Source: a candidate division WOR-3 bacterium (lineage in GTDB: Bacteria > Hydrothermota > Tepidihabitantia > B3-TA06). Taken from it: DNA of 64,000 nucleotides. The number at the start of each line of letters is the position of its first letter. Positions within the stretch are counted from its first letter, which is position 1. Of this stretch, positions 1-9,863 are shown piece by piece. The stretch covers positions 50,545-114,544 of the forward strand of contig CBFGKC010000010.1 of NCBI GenBank assembly GCA_965649265.1, given 5' to 3'. The translations under genes were made by a program, and so were the position numbers. The notes beneath the pieces were generated by a model. The model was not told the DNA's origin. It saw nothing but the letters and a program-made list of their open reading frames with translations, and did no database searches.

Positions 1-1138
1 GTCTACCTATACTGGCGACGGGGTATACAATGAGGATGGATCAGACCAGACTAGCATCCAGACCGTTAGCGCGGGCGATACAGCCGTCTACCACATAAGG
101 ATAGAAAACGACGGAGGTTTGGTAGATACGATAACGGTTACAGGCGACACCGGCGCAGACGGCTGGGAGGTCAAATACTACGATGCCTTGACCGCCGGGG
201 CTGAAATCACGTCGGACATCACAGGTGCAGGCTGGTCCACCGGCGAACTAAACCCCGGGGAGTACATGGAGATAAGAGTAGAAGTTATTACGGACGACAG
301 CCTACCGGGCGATTCAACATACGATGTGCTGATTACTTCAAAATCGGACCGCGATACAACAAAGCTCGATGCGGTTCTGACCCGGACAGTCATCCAGTCG
401 GGCTTTCAACCGGACAACCAGATAAAAAACATGGAGGAAACAACTTACATCGGCGACGGCGTATATAATCTGGACGGTACAGACCAGACGAAGTCACAAA
501 CTGCCGGGGCCGGCGATACCGTGGTCTACCACATAAAGATAGAAAACGACGGCAACCTCCCGGATACATTCATCCTAGTGGGAACTGCCGGTAACGCAGG
601 CTGGACGATTCGCTACTTCAATACCCTGACTGCCGGGACCGAGATAACGTCCGACATCACAGGCTCGGGCTGGAACAGCGGCGAACTCGATCCTGAGGAC
701 ACGACCGATATAAGGGTAGAGGTTACCTCCCCCTCCTCTGCGACAACAGGCACTTCCTATGACGTACTGCTAACGACGACATCCGCTTCCGACAATACAC
801 GCAAGGACGCGGTCAAGGCTACGTCAACAGTAGGAACCAGTAATGTGGAAGAAAAGATTGAGCCGTTCATCAATTCGTTAAACGTGCATCCCCTTTCGGA
901 TGTCAAGATAACAGTCTCCTGCACCCTTGCCGAAATGGGAACTATTGAGCTTTCCGTATACGATGCATCCGGACGACTGGTCAAGACCCTCGCAACGGGC
1001 AATGAGAACCAGGGCAGGCACGAGTATATATGGAACGGACTTGATGATTCAGGAAAGAAGGTCGCGAATGGTGTCTACTTTATACACCTGTCAGCTGAGA
1101 AAGAAGTGTTAAAAGGGCGAATCACGATAGTTAAATAA
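1..1138 (+). CDS. Secreted repeat protein (tandem ~135-aa Ig-like units) with C-terminal T9SS/FlgD-like sorting domain; 5' end lies outside the window
   Basis: Frame is open from base 2 (STYTGDGVYNEDGSDQT...YHIRIENDG), and this unit recurs as TTYIGDGVYNLDGTDQT...YHIKIENDG; C-terminus LSVYDASGRLVKTL...WNGLDDSGKKVANGVYFIHL. Confidence 0.8.
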   Translation, partial: STYTGDGVYNEDGSDQTSIQTVSAGDTAVYHIRIENDGGLVDTITVTGDTGADGWEVKYYDALTAGAEITSDITGAGWSTGELNPGEYMEIRVEVITDDSLPGDSTYDVLITSKSDRDTTKLDAVLTRTVIQSGFQPDNQIKNMEETTYIGDGVYNLDGTDQTKSQTAGAGDTVVYHIKIENDGNLPDTFILVGTAGNAGWTIRYFNTLTAGTEITSDITGSGWNSGELDPEDTTDIRVEVTSPSSATTGTSYDVLLTTTSASDNTRKDAVKATSTVGTSNVEEKIEPFINSLNVHPLSDVKITVSCTLAEMGTIELSVYDASGRLVKTLATGNENQGRHEYIWNGLDDSGKKVANGVYFIHLSAEKEVLKGRITIVK

Positions 1139-1252
1139 ATAAAAAAACGGAGAAGAGACAAAACTGTTCCTTAAATGCATCGATGTGACCGGCCGATGGA
1201 CGTTCTCTTTTGACTTGACAATACGCGGAATTCGTGTTATTCTTATATCTTC

Positions 1253-1825
1253 TTGGAGGAAGCGATCGCAAGTACACGTGGAAATTCTTTTAAAACTATC
1301 AACAACTGGGTACAAAAACAGATATCGGAAGAGGAATACGAGGTTTTCCTTGCCAGGATGCAGCCCGATGTGGCGCATTCGTTATCACGGGCCGAATCAC
1401 GATTGTGGTACCCCCTGGAACATCTTACGGCGATATACGAACACATCGTCAGTAATATAGGCAAGGGCGATTCGTCGGTGTTGTCAGGTTTGGGTAGCTA
1501 TCTTGCTGATATTGACCTGGGCGGGGTTTTGAGGCCTCTTGTTGCTTTTGTTTCCGTCCCGAGCGCAATCCGCCGCACCCCCCACCTTTGGCCAAGGTAC
1601 GATGATTCAGGCGATTTCCGGGTCATATCGCTTGACGAGCATAACAAGCAAGCTCTGCTTGAACTAGCCGATTACGAAGGCGGTGACTTGCACTGCGTGA
1701 TAATAAACGCCTGGCTCAAACGCGGATGCGAGATACTCGGCGGCAAGAACGTATCAGTCAAGGAAACACAATGCCGCTGGGAGGACGGCGGCAAAGTCTG
1801 CCGCTGGGAATTAAAGTGGCACTAA
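1253..1825 (+). CDS. Hypothetical protein, DUF2378/V4R-like ligand-binding fold
   Basis: WYPL motif and C-terminal ETQCRWEDGGKVCRWELKW resembling V4R-type ends; TTGACA(1215)-17-TATTCT promoter. Confidence 0.55.
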   Translation: MEEAIASTRGNSFKTINNWVQKQISEEEYEVFLARMQPDVAHSLSRAESRLWYPLEHLTAIYEHIVSNIGKGDSSVLSGLGSYLADIDLGGVLRPLVAFVSVPSAIRRTPHLWPRYDDSGDFRVISLDEHNKQALLELADYEGGDLHCVIINAWLKRGCEILGGKNVSVKETQCRWEDGGKVCRWELKWH

Positions 1826-1866
1826 GACCCTGTCGGTAGGATTCTTAAGAACTGATCTCTGTGATG

Positions 1867-2211
1867 TCAATCCTTCTTGTGCGGAATTAAACACAAGAAC
1901 CGCAACAAATCTTTACCCGTGTTTCGGAACTGGTGTAGTTCATCTGGAGGAATAAAAACGACCGTTCCCGGGCGAAGGATTCTTTCCTCATCTCCACCCC
2001 TGACCTTGCCTTCTCCACTAATCACATAGACCTCGTGTTCCCAAGGATGCCGGTGAAGAGGTGTACATCCTTCAATATCCAGTTGGAGTTCACGCATAGC
2101 GAAGGTCGACGCACCTTCCTCCTTTGTAACAAGCCACCTGATACTGGCACCCTGAGCACCACTTTCTTCAACTTTACTTTGTGAGACCTCTTCGATTTTT
2201 TTTGCAATCAT
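1867..2211 (-). CDS. Cupin domain protein
   Basis: TPLHRHPWEHEVYVISGEG and VVFIPPDELHQFRNTG cupin motifs; AGGAG SD. Confidence 0.9.
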   Translation of the reverse strand: MIAKKIEEVSQSKVEESGAQGASIRWLVTKEEGASTFAMRELQLDIEGCTPLHRHPWEHEVYVISGEGKVRGGDEERILRPGTVVFIPPDELHQFRNTGKDLLRFLCLIPHKKD

Positions 2212-2253
2212 ATCTTCTCCTTTAGGAAGAGAATAGTTGTCGCCAGTTTTTTG

Positions 2254-3039
2254 TCAAACGCAATTGCCCAGAAGAATATCCAGTTCATCGGAAAGAACCA
2301 ATCGGTACGATGGTTTTATCCTCTCCCTGTATGATGACGAGTGCCTGGGCGGATTGACAGGAACCGTATCTGGCTCAAAACCAGCGGATAGAGCCTGAGG
2401 TAGTATCCTTTCAATGCGTCTGGGCAGATCGAGCGAGACATTGGCTGCAGAACGCAAGGCTGCATCGAAAAGAACTTCAGGCCTGATGCCCAGATATTTG
2501 GCCGCACGAAGATTAATCCTGTAAAGATCACCCTCTGGGGATATCCGTTCAGCAAGGGGCTCATCCGTCAAAGATTCGATGGAATTCCACTCTGCAAGAA
2601 GATAGTCCCACGCCGCAGCGGTGTCCTCGAGCATATGTGCTCCACCGTACACAGCTTGAGCAATCAATTTGAGTTTATCCTTCTCCGGTAGTCCGCCGTA
2701 AAGAAGTTCCTGGTCTTTAATGATCTCATTGAACGAAGTAAGATTTACGATATCGTCCGGATAGGAGGGAGGGGGAGGGTAAATGTCCCCAGGGAAAGCG
2801 GAGGTGCAAATCTTGAGGGAAATGCCTGTGTGTTTTACTGAAACCTCTTCAGCCGCAACGGTTTCGATTCTTTTGAAAAGCGCTTTTACAATACGTTCAT
2901 ATGCCGACCCTCGCCGCAAGGTGTCCAATGTTCCCAAAACGTATGTCGAGGGAACAAAACCGTCACTGGAAAGGAAAAGGCTCGATAAGGGCAGGACACC
3001 CTTGCGTGTCGGCTCAAGCCATAAGATCAAGCCAGACAT
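2254..3039 (-). CDS. Hypothetical protein
   Basis: 261-aa ORF packed between co-oriented genes; C-terminal HSSSYRERIKPSYRLV. Confidence 0.6.
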   Translation of the reverse strand: MSGLILWLEPTRKGVLPLSSLFLSSDGFVPSTYVLGTLDTLRRGSAYERIVKALFKRIETVAAEEVSVKHTGISLKICTSAFPGDIYPPPPSYPDDIVNLTSFNEIIKDQELLYGGLPEKDKLKLIAQAVYGGAHMLEDTAAAWDYLLAEWNSIESLTDEPLAERISPEGDLYRINLRAAKYLGIRPEVLFDAALRSAANVSLDLPRRIERILPQALSAGFEPDTVPVNPPRHSSSYRERIKPSYRLVLSDELDILLGNCV

Positions 3040-3061
3040 ATTGATTAGAGACTCTGGCGAG

Positions 3062-6000
3062 TCAATGGACTATTATGAATTTCTCGTTAACCGACGTCAT
3101 CGTCTCGGTCATGGTCGCATCAAGACTCTTGGCGGTCAAACGGTAGATGTAAACACCGTTTGGAAGGGGCGTTCCGTCTGCGTCAAGACCGTTCCACGAA
3201 TATGAGGAAAAACCAGCGGCGAACGACTGAGCGGGCAGTTTTCTTACAAGACGACCGCTTACGGTGAATATCTGTATCGAGACCTCGGCCGCCGTATTCA
3301 ATTCAAAAGTGAAATCTGCGGAACTCGAAACCGGGTTAGGATATACGAGAGGGGTAATAATTTCCGGCCTCGAAACGAATGAGGTATGAAGTGTCAATTC
3401 ATATTTTGTCGTATTTCGAAGGTTATCCACGGCATACAGAGTGAGGGCGTTATCCTCTTTCGAGAACTTGATTGGCAAACTCGCCATTCCTGTCGAGGCA
3501 ATTGAACTGTCGGTAACATCATAACTGAAATAAGATGAAAGACTTATTGCGTCCTCATCGTTAATGACGAGACTCAAGGGATGCCCGCCGCCAAGGCCCA
3601 CTCCGGGAAGCCCCGTAAGATTGATTCCGGAAGGATCTTCAAGCTCTATCTCAAGATCGAACGATGGAGTCGGAATGGTATCTCCATCGAATATTTCTTC
3701 TCCTGCGACGTAAAACCTCGCGGAAGGACCCTTGTGATCACTTGATGAGGTTGACCCGGCGACAACGCCTAAAGAGTCAAACCGGAAGGTGTACAACGAA
3801 TCTTCATCACGGCAAGAAATATACCAGTAAGCCGAATCTCCTTCTGCGATGCCGGTCGGAACTATGAACTTCAAGATAGTTTGACCTGCGTCAAGCTCAC
3901 CTGAGGCCTCGTAAAGTGGTTCGCCCTTGGCGTAATAAATTCTGTAATCATAAACTTGAGGTATTTTTTTAACCCAGCTTCCATATGCGGATGCAAACCA
4001 TTTACCCTGGGAAAGGCCGGCGTCAAAGGTTATCTGAGCCGTGTCACCCGTAACGAAATCTGGAGGTATCGAAGTCACATTCTTCGCCGTGGGAAACAGG
4101 AGTTCAACCCCAGGGTCGCCGAAAAGTGTATACAGGGGATCTAAAGGCAATACGGCAAAAAGAAGGTCGCCGGTATTTGCATTTTTAAGATATCTGAAGG
4201 TATTCGCCAGCGTGTTAGCCACGTTTTGGTTGTTGGATGCGCTCGTTCCTTTGGTCGCTGCGATTGTCGCTATGGCACCTCCAGAGCCGCGCACGAGTTC
4301 TTCCGCAATGCATTCCCACCGCGTGTCCTCGAATCGGCCTACGCCGCATGAACAGAAGAGACCGAACGGAAGCCTGTTTTCATTATTAACGTACGTGACG
4401 TCGGTATTTCTGAAAACAGCTTCATGAGTCAGCTGGCTGCCATTCCCATGCCCGAAGAAAAGCCACAAATAGGCTCCCTGATCGAGAGCGGAAATCAAGG
4501 CGTCGTGCGCGCCCGGCTTAGTGCTTCCAACGAAGGAGTAATCGCTCAAATAGACCTTTACCGGATCGTACTCAGGATATAAAAGCGTAGCGAAACTCTC
4601 ACATGCCGAGATGTGATTATCTATACCGTCCTCTTTAGCCGGCGAGCCCTCGTAATAATCGTCGGACAGCAGAAGAAGCCTTGAGGCCCAGGCTTCCTTG
4701 GGGGTCGATTCATATTTTTTTATCTTGTCAAGAATATCAGATGCCTCATGAGCGTCCCTCGCCGTAATCCGGGCGATTGACATTTCAGGATGGTATGTGA
4801 CAGGGTTATCGAAGTCAACAAACCACGAATCCAGCGCGGGTCCACGCACTTCGGTAACATTAGGGTCAAGCAGGTAATCCTGGGTGTGAACTAGGAAATA
4901 CTCCGGAACAGTAAGTTTCAAATTGTTTTTGTAATCGTAAGTGCCGTCACCCAGAATGAGCGCATACCGCGGTCTCGAGTCACCTTTTTTGTACGCATAA
5001 GATAGAAAATGTCTTACGGCCTGGGGCTCGGCAAGACCGAATCCGAAATCTCGAATTATGTCCTTAAGGTTCACTGTCTTGATCGCGGTAGCGGAAACGC
5101 CGGATATCTTGAGGTTTTGACTTCTGTAACTCTCGTATGCCTTTGCGGCACTCATATTTTCGTCGGTGGAAAGAATGATGTAGTCCACGGACCAGTCTTC
5201 GGTCCATAATTCGCCGGGCTGCTCTTTTTCCAGGGCGGGGGTCTTGAGACGACGCTCATCCGCGACCCACAAAGGAAGATCCTTCGTAATTCTCGGATTA
5301 AGGAAAAGATTCCCGTTCTTTGTTTCCCAATTCGTCAACAGAATTGGATTTGCCGGATCACTCACGTCAAAGAGGTAAGGAGTAGTTTTGAGGCCGCTAA
5401 AGCGGTACGAAAGATTTCCCTTTAATTCTACCCAGTAGGGATTCTGATCAAAGGAAAGCTCTCTTTCAACAACAAGCCGCATCCAGTCCGGGTAAAAATC
5501 CTGCTGCCCCTCCCCCGTCACTTCGATGACCAAAGGCAATTCATCCTGCAACACAACATCCGGATCGATAGTGGTATATCTCGGATTCGCGATCACGCCG
5601 GAAGGCACCAAGGGTACGTAAAGAAGTGTATCTGTATTCGCCAGCGCGCGAAATCCCGCACCTGTATTAATGGAGTAGGCTTGCAGGGTAAAGGTATCTA
5701 TCTTTGTTACACCCTCAAGGTCTAAAATAAATGTATCGGAGGCGATCGTCGAACTCTTTTGGATATCTTCCCAAAGCCACAAAAGACCCGAGCGCGAAGG
5801 GCACTCGTGATCTTCTTCAAAATGAAGAACGCTCATCCCTTCGGTCAAAGGAGTATCCTGAGAAGGATATGCAGGTCTTGTTTGAAGCCTTTTTCCTTTT
5901 CCCGCGCCCCAAGTAAGCCAGTAAACATTTTCCTTTACATAAGGATTCACCTCAAAGGTCCGTTCGGAGAAATTCCAGTGGTTTGCACCCTGCGCGAAAA

Positions 6001-6874
6001 GAATTATGTAGTCAACCCCGGATAACCTGCCGTCATCCTCGCCCTGGACGAAACAAGGCAGCTCGGAAAGAGTATCGGGAAAAGTATCCTCCGGGGTCAA
6101 CCTTGAAGGGTAAAGGATCCTTATTGTTGAAGGATCAATCTGGGTAGGATCTACACCGATTTTCTTGAGATCACCCACACCTATCCTGTATACCCCGTCC
6201 TCTGGTATGGAAATCTTTACCCAATTCGAAGACTGGGCAAAAGGATTTGCCCCTGCGGCAAAAGTCGATGAGGAGAGTTTCCACCCCATACACTGATCAT
6301 AATTGATGATACTGTTTTTGTAAATTTCGCTGAATTGATCATTTGAGATGTCATGGTAACCTTCATATGGCTCGAACGAGATGTTGAGCGTAACCCCATC
6401 ATAGAGAACGAGGGTCTGGTTACCGGAGGAGTATTTAAGCGGCGTAACCTCTATCACCGCTACCCTGAAATCGCGCCATGTCGTTACATGGTAATAAACC
6501 GGCTTCAGAGTGTCAGCCCACTGAGGAAATGAATTTGCGCCCGTCCCAATACCAGGAATCTCGTAATTCTCAGGAATCACACCTTTTAACTCCCTTGAAG
6601 TTCCCAGGGTGTAACTGATTTTGACATCGCCCTCGGGCGGTAGCCCCACAACCATCCTGTAGCGCGGCAGTGCAGGTCCACCCGGTTCGCCTATCATATA
6701 GGCGTCGCTGAAAAGCTCGGCAAGATTCGCTTTTGCATAAGATTGCAGAAGATTTGTACCTTGAGGAGCACTTAACTTTATCTGAACCCCTCGGTTACTC
6801 TGACTTGTAATACTGGGTCCTGCAAAAGCTGCAGTTGCAGCAAGTAAGATAAGGGTTTGAAACCTTCTCATCAT
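3062..6874 (-). CDS. C25 family (gingipain/PorU-like) cysteine peptidase with propeptide and C-terminal FlgD/T9SS domain
   Basis: Signal peptide; propeptide GEPGGPALP; YALILGDGTYDYKN; catalytic FFGHG and CSCGVG; LFGDP; YPNP...IFTVSGRLVR...NGVYIYRL. Confidence 0.85.
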   Translation of the reverse strand: MMRRFQTLILLAATAAFAGPSITSQSNRGVQIKLSAPQGTNLLQSYAKANLAELFSDAYMIGEPGGPALPRYRMVVGLPPEGDVKISYTLGTSRELKGVIPENYEIPGIGTGANSFPQWADTLKPVYYHVTTWRDFRVAVIEVTPLKYSSGNQTLVLYDGVTLNISFEPYEGYHDISNDQFSEIYKNSIINYDQCMGWKLSSSTFAAGANPFAQSSNWVKISIPEDGVYRIGVGDLKKIGVDPTQIDPSTIRILYPSRLTPEDTFPDTLSELPCFVQGEDDGRLSGVDYIILFAQGANHWNFSERTFEVNPYVKENVYWLTWGAGKGKRLQTRPAYPSQDTPLTEGMSVLHFEEDHECPSRSGLLWLWEDIQKSSTIASDTFILDLEGVTKIDTFTLQAYSINTGAGFRALANTDTLLYVPLVPSGVIANPRYTTIDPDVVLQDELPLVIEVTGEGQQDFYPDWMRLVVERELSFDQNPYWVELKGNLSYRFSGLKTTPYLFDVSDPANPILLTNWETKNGNLFLNPRITKDLPLWVADERRLKTPALEKEQPGELWTEDWSVDYIILSTDENMSAAKAYESYRSQNLKISGVSATAIKTVNLKDIIRDFGFGLAEPQAVRHFLSYAYKKGDSRPRYALILGDGTYDYKNNLKLTVPEYFLVHTQDYLLDPNVTEVRGPALDSWFVDFDNPVTYHPEMSIARITARDAHEASDILDKIKKYESTPKEAWASRLLLLSDDYYEGSPAKEDGIDNHISACESFATLLYPEYDPVKVYLSDYSFVGSTKPGAHDALISALDQGAYLWLFFGHGNGSQLTHEAVFRNTDVTYVNNENRLPFGLFCSCGVGRFEDTRWECIAEELVRGSGGAIATIAATKGTSASNNQNVANTLANTFRYLKNANTGDLLFAVLPLDPLYTLFGDPGVELLFPTAKNVTSIPPDFVTGDTAQITFDAGLSQGKWFASAYGSWVKKIPQVYDYRIYYAKGEPLYEASGELDAGQTILKFIVPTGIAEGDSAYWYISCRDEDSLYTFRFDSLGVVAGSTSSSDHKGPSARFYVAGEEIFDGDTIPTPSFDLEIELEDPSGINLTGLPGVGLGGGHPLSLVINDEDAISLSSYFSYDVTDSSIASTGMASLPIKFSKEDNALTLYAVDNLRNTTKYELTLHTSFVSRPEIITPLVYPNPVSSSADFTFELNTAAEVSIQIFTVSGRLVRKLPAQSFAAGFSSYSWNGLDADGTPLPNGVYIYRLTAKSLDATMTETMTSVNEKFIIVH

Positions 6875-7039
6875 ACTCCCTTCGACTTACCTGATTGTGC
6901 TGACTGGTCCCTTAGATTCAAAGCACAGGCAAGTCATTACGTATTTCATAAATATTGAGACGGATTCTGCAGGAATCCGTCAACTTTTATTGAAAAAGAC
7001 AATTTGTCGTAAATCCCTGATAGTCTTTCGATTATTTGG

Positions 7040-8539
7040 TCAGGTGATTTTAGCTTTATCATACACAGGTTCCCCAACACCCACCTCATCCTTTTTGAGT
7101 GCCGCAGCAATGGATGAAAAACTGAAGGACAGGAATCCCACGGAGTAAAGTATAATGAAAGGCAGAATTGCATACTGCATGGTTATGAGCGAATATACGG
7201 CAGTGGCGGCAAGATAAAGACCGAGCGCCAACTCAATGAAAGTAGAAACCTTCAACTTGGCCTTGTACACTTTAGAGTCTTTTGCATCCTTGCGGCCCTT
7301 GACGTTGTATTTCGGAGTGCGAACGAACTCGGACGCCTTCCCCATAAAACCTTCCAATACTGCAAGGCTGTTGTTAACCGAAAGTGCCATAACCGATGAA
7401 ATTACGAAAGGTATTGCAAGTATCCTCGTTTTCCAGTTAGGGTAGGAATCCATCTGCGCAAGGATGTAAAGCCCGAAGTATGCTATTCCGCCGATAGAGA
7501 TGACGCTCATGAACGCAAAGTAGGGACGATAGTCAATCCCTGAGTTGCGGACAAGGAGGAGGGGGGCGATAAGAATGGCAAGAAGGAACATCATGGGATA
7601 CACGAGATGGGCAGTAAGGTGCATAATGGCTTCAAACTTGCCGATAAGGCTGAGCTTCGAGGTGAGTATATCAGGCAGGAGTTTGCGTCCGGCCTGGATG
7701 GTCCCTTTTGCCCAGCGGAACTGCTGCGACTTGAATCCCGCAACGTCTATTGGCAGCTCCGACGGACTTCTTAAGTCGTTTATGTATATAAACTTCCAAC
7801 CCTTGAGTTGGGCGCGAAAACTCAAATCGACGTCCTCGGCAAGGCAGTCGCCGTCCCAACCGCCGGCATCTTCTATAGCTTTCTTACGCCACACACCCGC
7901 GGTCCCGTTGAACGTCATAAAATGGTTAAAACGGCAGCGCATATCTTGCTCGACCGCGAAATGCTGGTCTAAAAGAATCGCCTGAGCTCTTGTAAGAATC
8001 GAGTAATCGTAATTTATATGTTCCCAGCGCGACTGAACAACCGCGATCTTCGGGTTCGAAAAGAAGGGGATAGTGCGCTTTAGAAAGTCTTCGGGAGGAA
8101 GGAAGTCGGCGTCAAAAACGGCAACGTACTCGGCCTTGGTTTTCGCAAGTCCAGCTGTAAGTGCACCACCCTTGTATCCCTTGCGGTCAACTCTGTGAAA
8201 AAGCCTGATTCGGAAGCCTTCAGCTTTGTACTTTGCGACGAGACGTTCGCAAAGCTCTGTGGTCTCGTCGGTGGAATCATCAAGTACCTGGATTTCGAAT
8301 TTCTGGCGCGGCCAATCCATCTTCACAACCTGCTCCAGCAAACGCTCCACGACGAACTTTTCGTTAAACATGGGCAGCTGAACACAGACAAGCGGGTATT
8401 CGGAAAGCGGATCCGCCTTGGGTCTTGGTTTTTTGCGCGCTCTCAAATAGTAAATGCACATAATCCATGCATGCAGTGCGTAGATTGTAAGCACTATCAT
8501 TACGAATGCATACAGCGCCAGAACGAAATCAAACTTCAT
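7040..8539 (-). CDS. GT2 cellulose-synthase-like (CslA-type) glycosyltransferase
   Basis: QLPMFNE, QVLDDSTD, GYKGG, DADF, AEDVDL and QQFRW motifs; multiple TM helices. Confidence 0.9.
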   Translation of the reverse strand: MKFDFVLALYAFVMIVLTIYALHAWIMCIYYLRARKKPRPKADPLSEYPLVCVQLPMFNEKFVVERLLEQVVKMDWPRQKFEIQVLDDSTDETTELCERLVAKYKAEGFRIRLFHRVDRKGYKGGALTAGLAKTKAEYVAVFDADFLPPEDFLKRTIPFFSNPKIAVVQSRWEHINYDYSILTRAQAILLDQHFAVEQDMRCRFNHFMTFNGTAGVWRKKAIEDAGGWDGDCLAEDVDLSFRAQLKGWKFIYINDLRSPSELPIDVAGFKSQQFRWAKGTIQAGRKLLPDILTSKLSLIGKFEAIMHLTAHLVYPMMFLLAILIAPLLLVRNSGIDYRPYFAFMSVISIGGIAYFGLYILAQMDSYPNWKTRILAIPFVISSVMALSVNNSLAVLEGFMGKASEFVRTPKYNVKGRKDAKDSKVYKAKLKVSTFIELALGLYLAATAVYSLITMQYAILPFIILYSVGFLSFSFSSIAAALKKDEVGVGEPVYDKAKIT

Positions 8540-9765
8540 TTAAGTTTCTCCTCGCTCTCAAAAACTAGTTTTCCTTTTAAAGGCTTTCGTAATTTTACAG
8601 CCAGGGCCAATGCCTCCTGATATGTAGGCACATTCGCAATTTTAACTAATTCCGTCTTGCTGTCAATCGGAAGTACTTCGTACAAAATGCCGTCCACCAC
8701 TACACCAACGTAGTCGGCAAAAAGTTGGGAAGATGATATCTCCGAATTCTTAAGCGAGATTTCGACCCACGGCCTTGAGAGCGAATCGAACCTCAGTTCG
8801 GCTGAACGAACCTTCGGTCTTGCGAGGGTATCGGTTATGTAAAAGATGTCTGTGGCTTGCCCCCTGGTGTTGATGCGCTGCCCGCCTGCCTTGAGCGAGA
8901 GAGAGACAAGGTAAAGTCTGCCCTCACCCGCGATGTTTTTTGCCACAACCTCGTCCAGCGGAAGCGTAAGAGTGACCTTGAGCCTCTCCTGATCCGTGCG
9001 TATTCGCGCTTCCCGTCCGAGATCGGCAAAACGAGCCCGCATTGCCGATCTAGCTCTCATTACGCTTGTCGATCCTGACGAATACGAAATAAGAAAGTTG
9101 GGTGCAAAAGGCATGTCTATTCCGCGTTTCTGATTGAAAGCCTTTATCTTGAAGTTGAAAACTATGTCGGAATCGTCCGAAATCCCTTTTATCTCCTTGG
9201 CAAGCAGGGTTCTTCCGTCTACGATCAACTCACCCGAAAATTTCTTTTGGAAAGCAGGATCAAGAAAAGCTATATTAGGTTTGAAGGAGTATTTAAGAAC
9301 CCGGCCCTCATCGGCAAGAAGCTTAAAACCCTTGTTGTTGCGAATGAGAAGCGCATCCCGAACGATGCGGTCGACCTGTTCCATAACGCGTCCCTCCTCA
9401 CTGCGCTGCCTGGGAATCCACTCACCGTCCTCCTTGTCGAGTTCATAGTCACCGGCCGCAACAAGATCGAGCAACCGGACTTCTTCATCAAGTTTCCACG
9501 TTCCCCTGAAACGAAGCGCATCCGGCAGAACAACACTGCCCTTGCCTTGTACGGAGAATGCGAGAGATTTGCGGCTGATAAAATAATCGAACATGAAGGA
9601 GTGCTGGTTCTTGATTCCCTCCCACGAGTAGGAGGGAATCTGTTCGTAAGCCAATCCTTCCGGTGGTCTTGTAACCGGCATGCACGCGGCCGAGGCGAGT
9701 ACCGTGAGAAAAAAGGATAAGCCTATAAGCGAATGGAGATCATGTCTGGAGAAGCCATACCTCAT
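8536..9765 (-). CDS. Putative lipoprotein with C-terminal SecD P1-head-like region
   Basis: Lipobox-like LASAAC; RPWVEISL...VGVVVDG...TYQEALALAVKL; 4-bp overlap with downstream gene. Confidence 0.5.
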   Translation of the reverse strand: MRYGFSRHDLHSLIGLSFFLTVLASAACMPVTRPPEGLAYEQIPSYSWEGIKNQHSFMFDYFISRKSLAFSVQGKGSVVLPDALRFRGTWKLDEEVRLLDLVAAGDYELDKEDGEWIPRQRSEEGRVMEQVDRIVRDALLIRNNKGFKLLADEGRVLKYSFKPNIAFLDPAFQKKFSGELIVDGRTLLAKEIKGISDDSDIVFNFKIKAFNQKRGIDMPFAPNFLISYSSGSTSVMRARSAMRARFADLGREARIRTDQERLKVTLTLPLDEVVAKNIAGEGRLYLVSLSLKAGGQRINTRGQATDIFYITDTLARPKVRSAELRFDSLSRPWVEISLKNSEISSSQLFADYVGVVVDGILYEVLPIDSKTELVKIANVPTYQEALALAVKLRKPLKGKLVFESEEKLK

Positions 9766-9863
9766 TTAAGCATCCTCTCTTTTTGAGTTTAAGAGGTACC
9801 TCAGACTTCCTGAAAAAGTCGGTGTCTGAGGGAAAGTGTCTGACAAGGGACGAGGAGGGCTCA

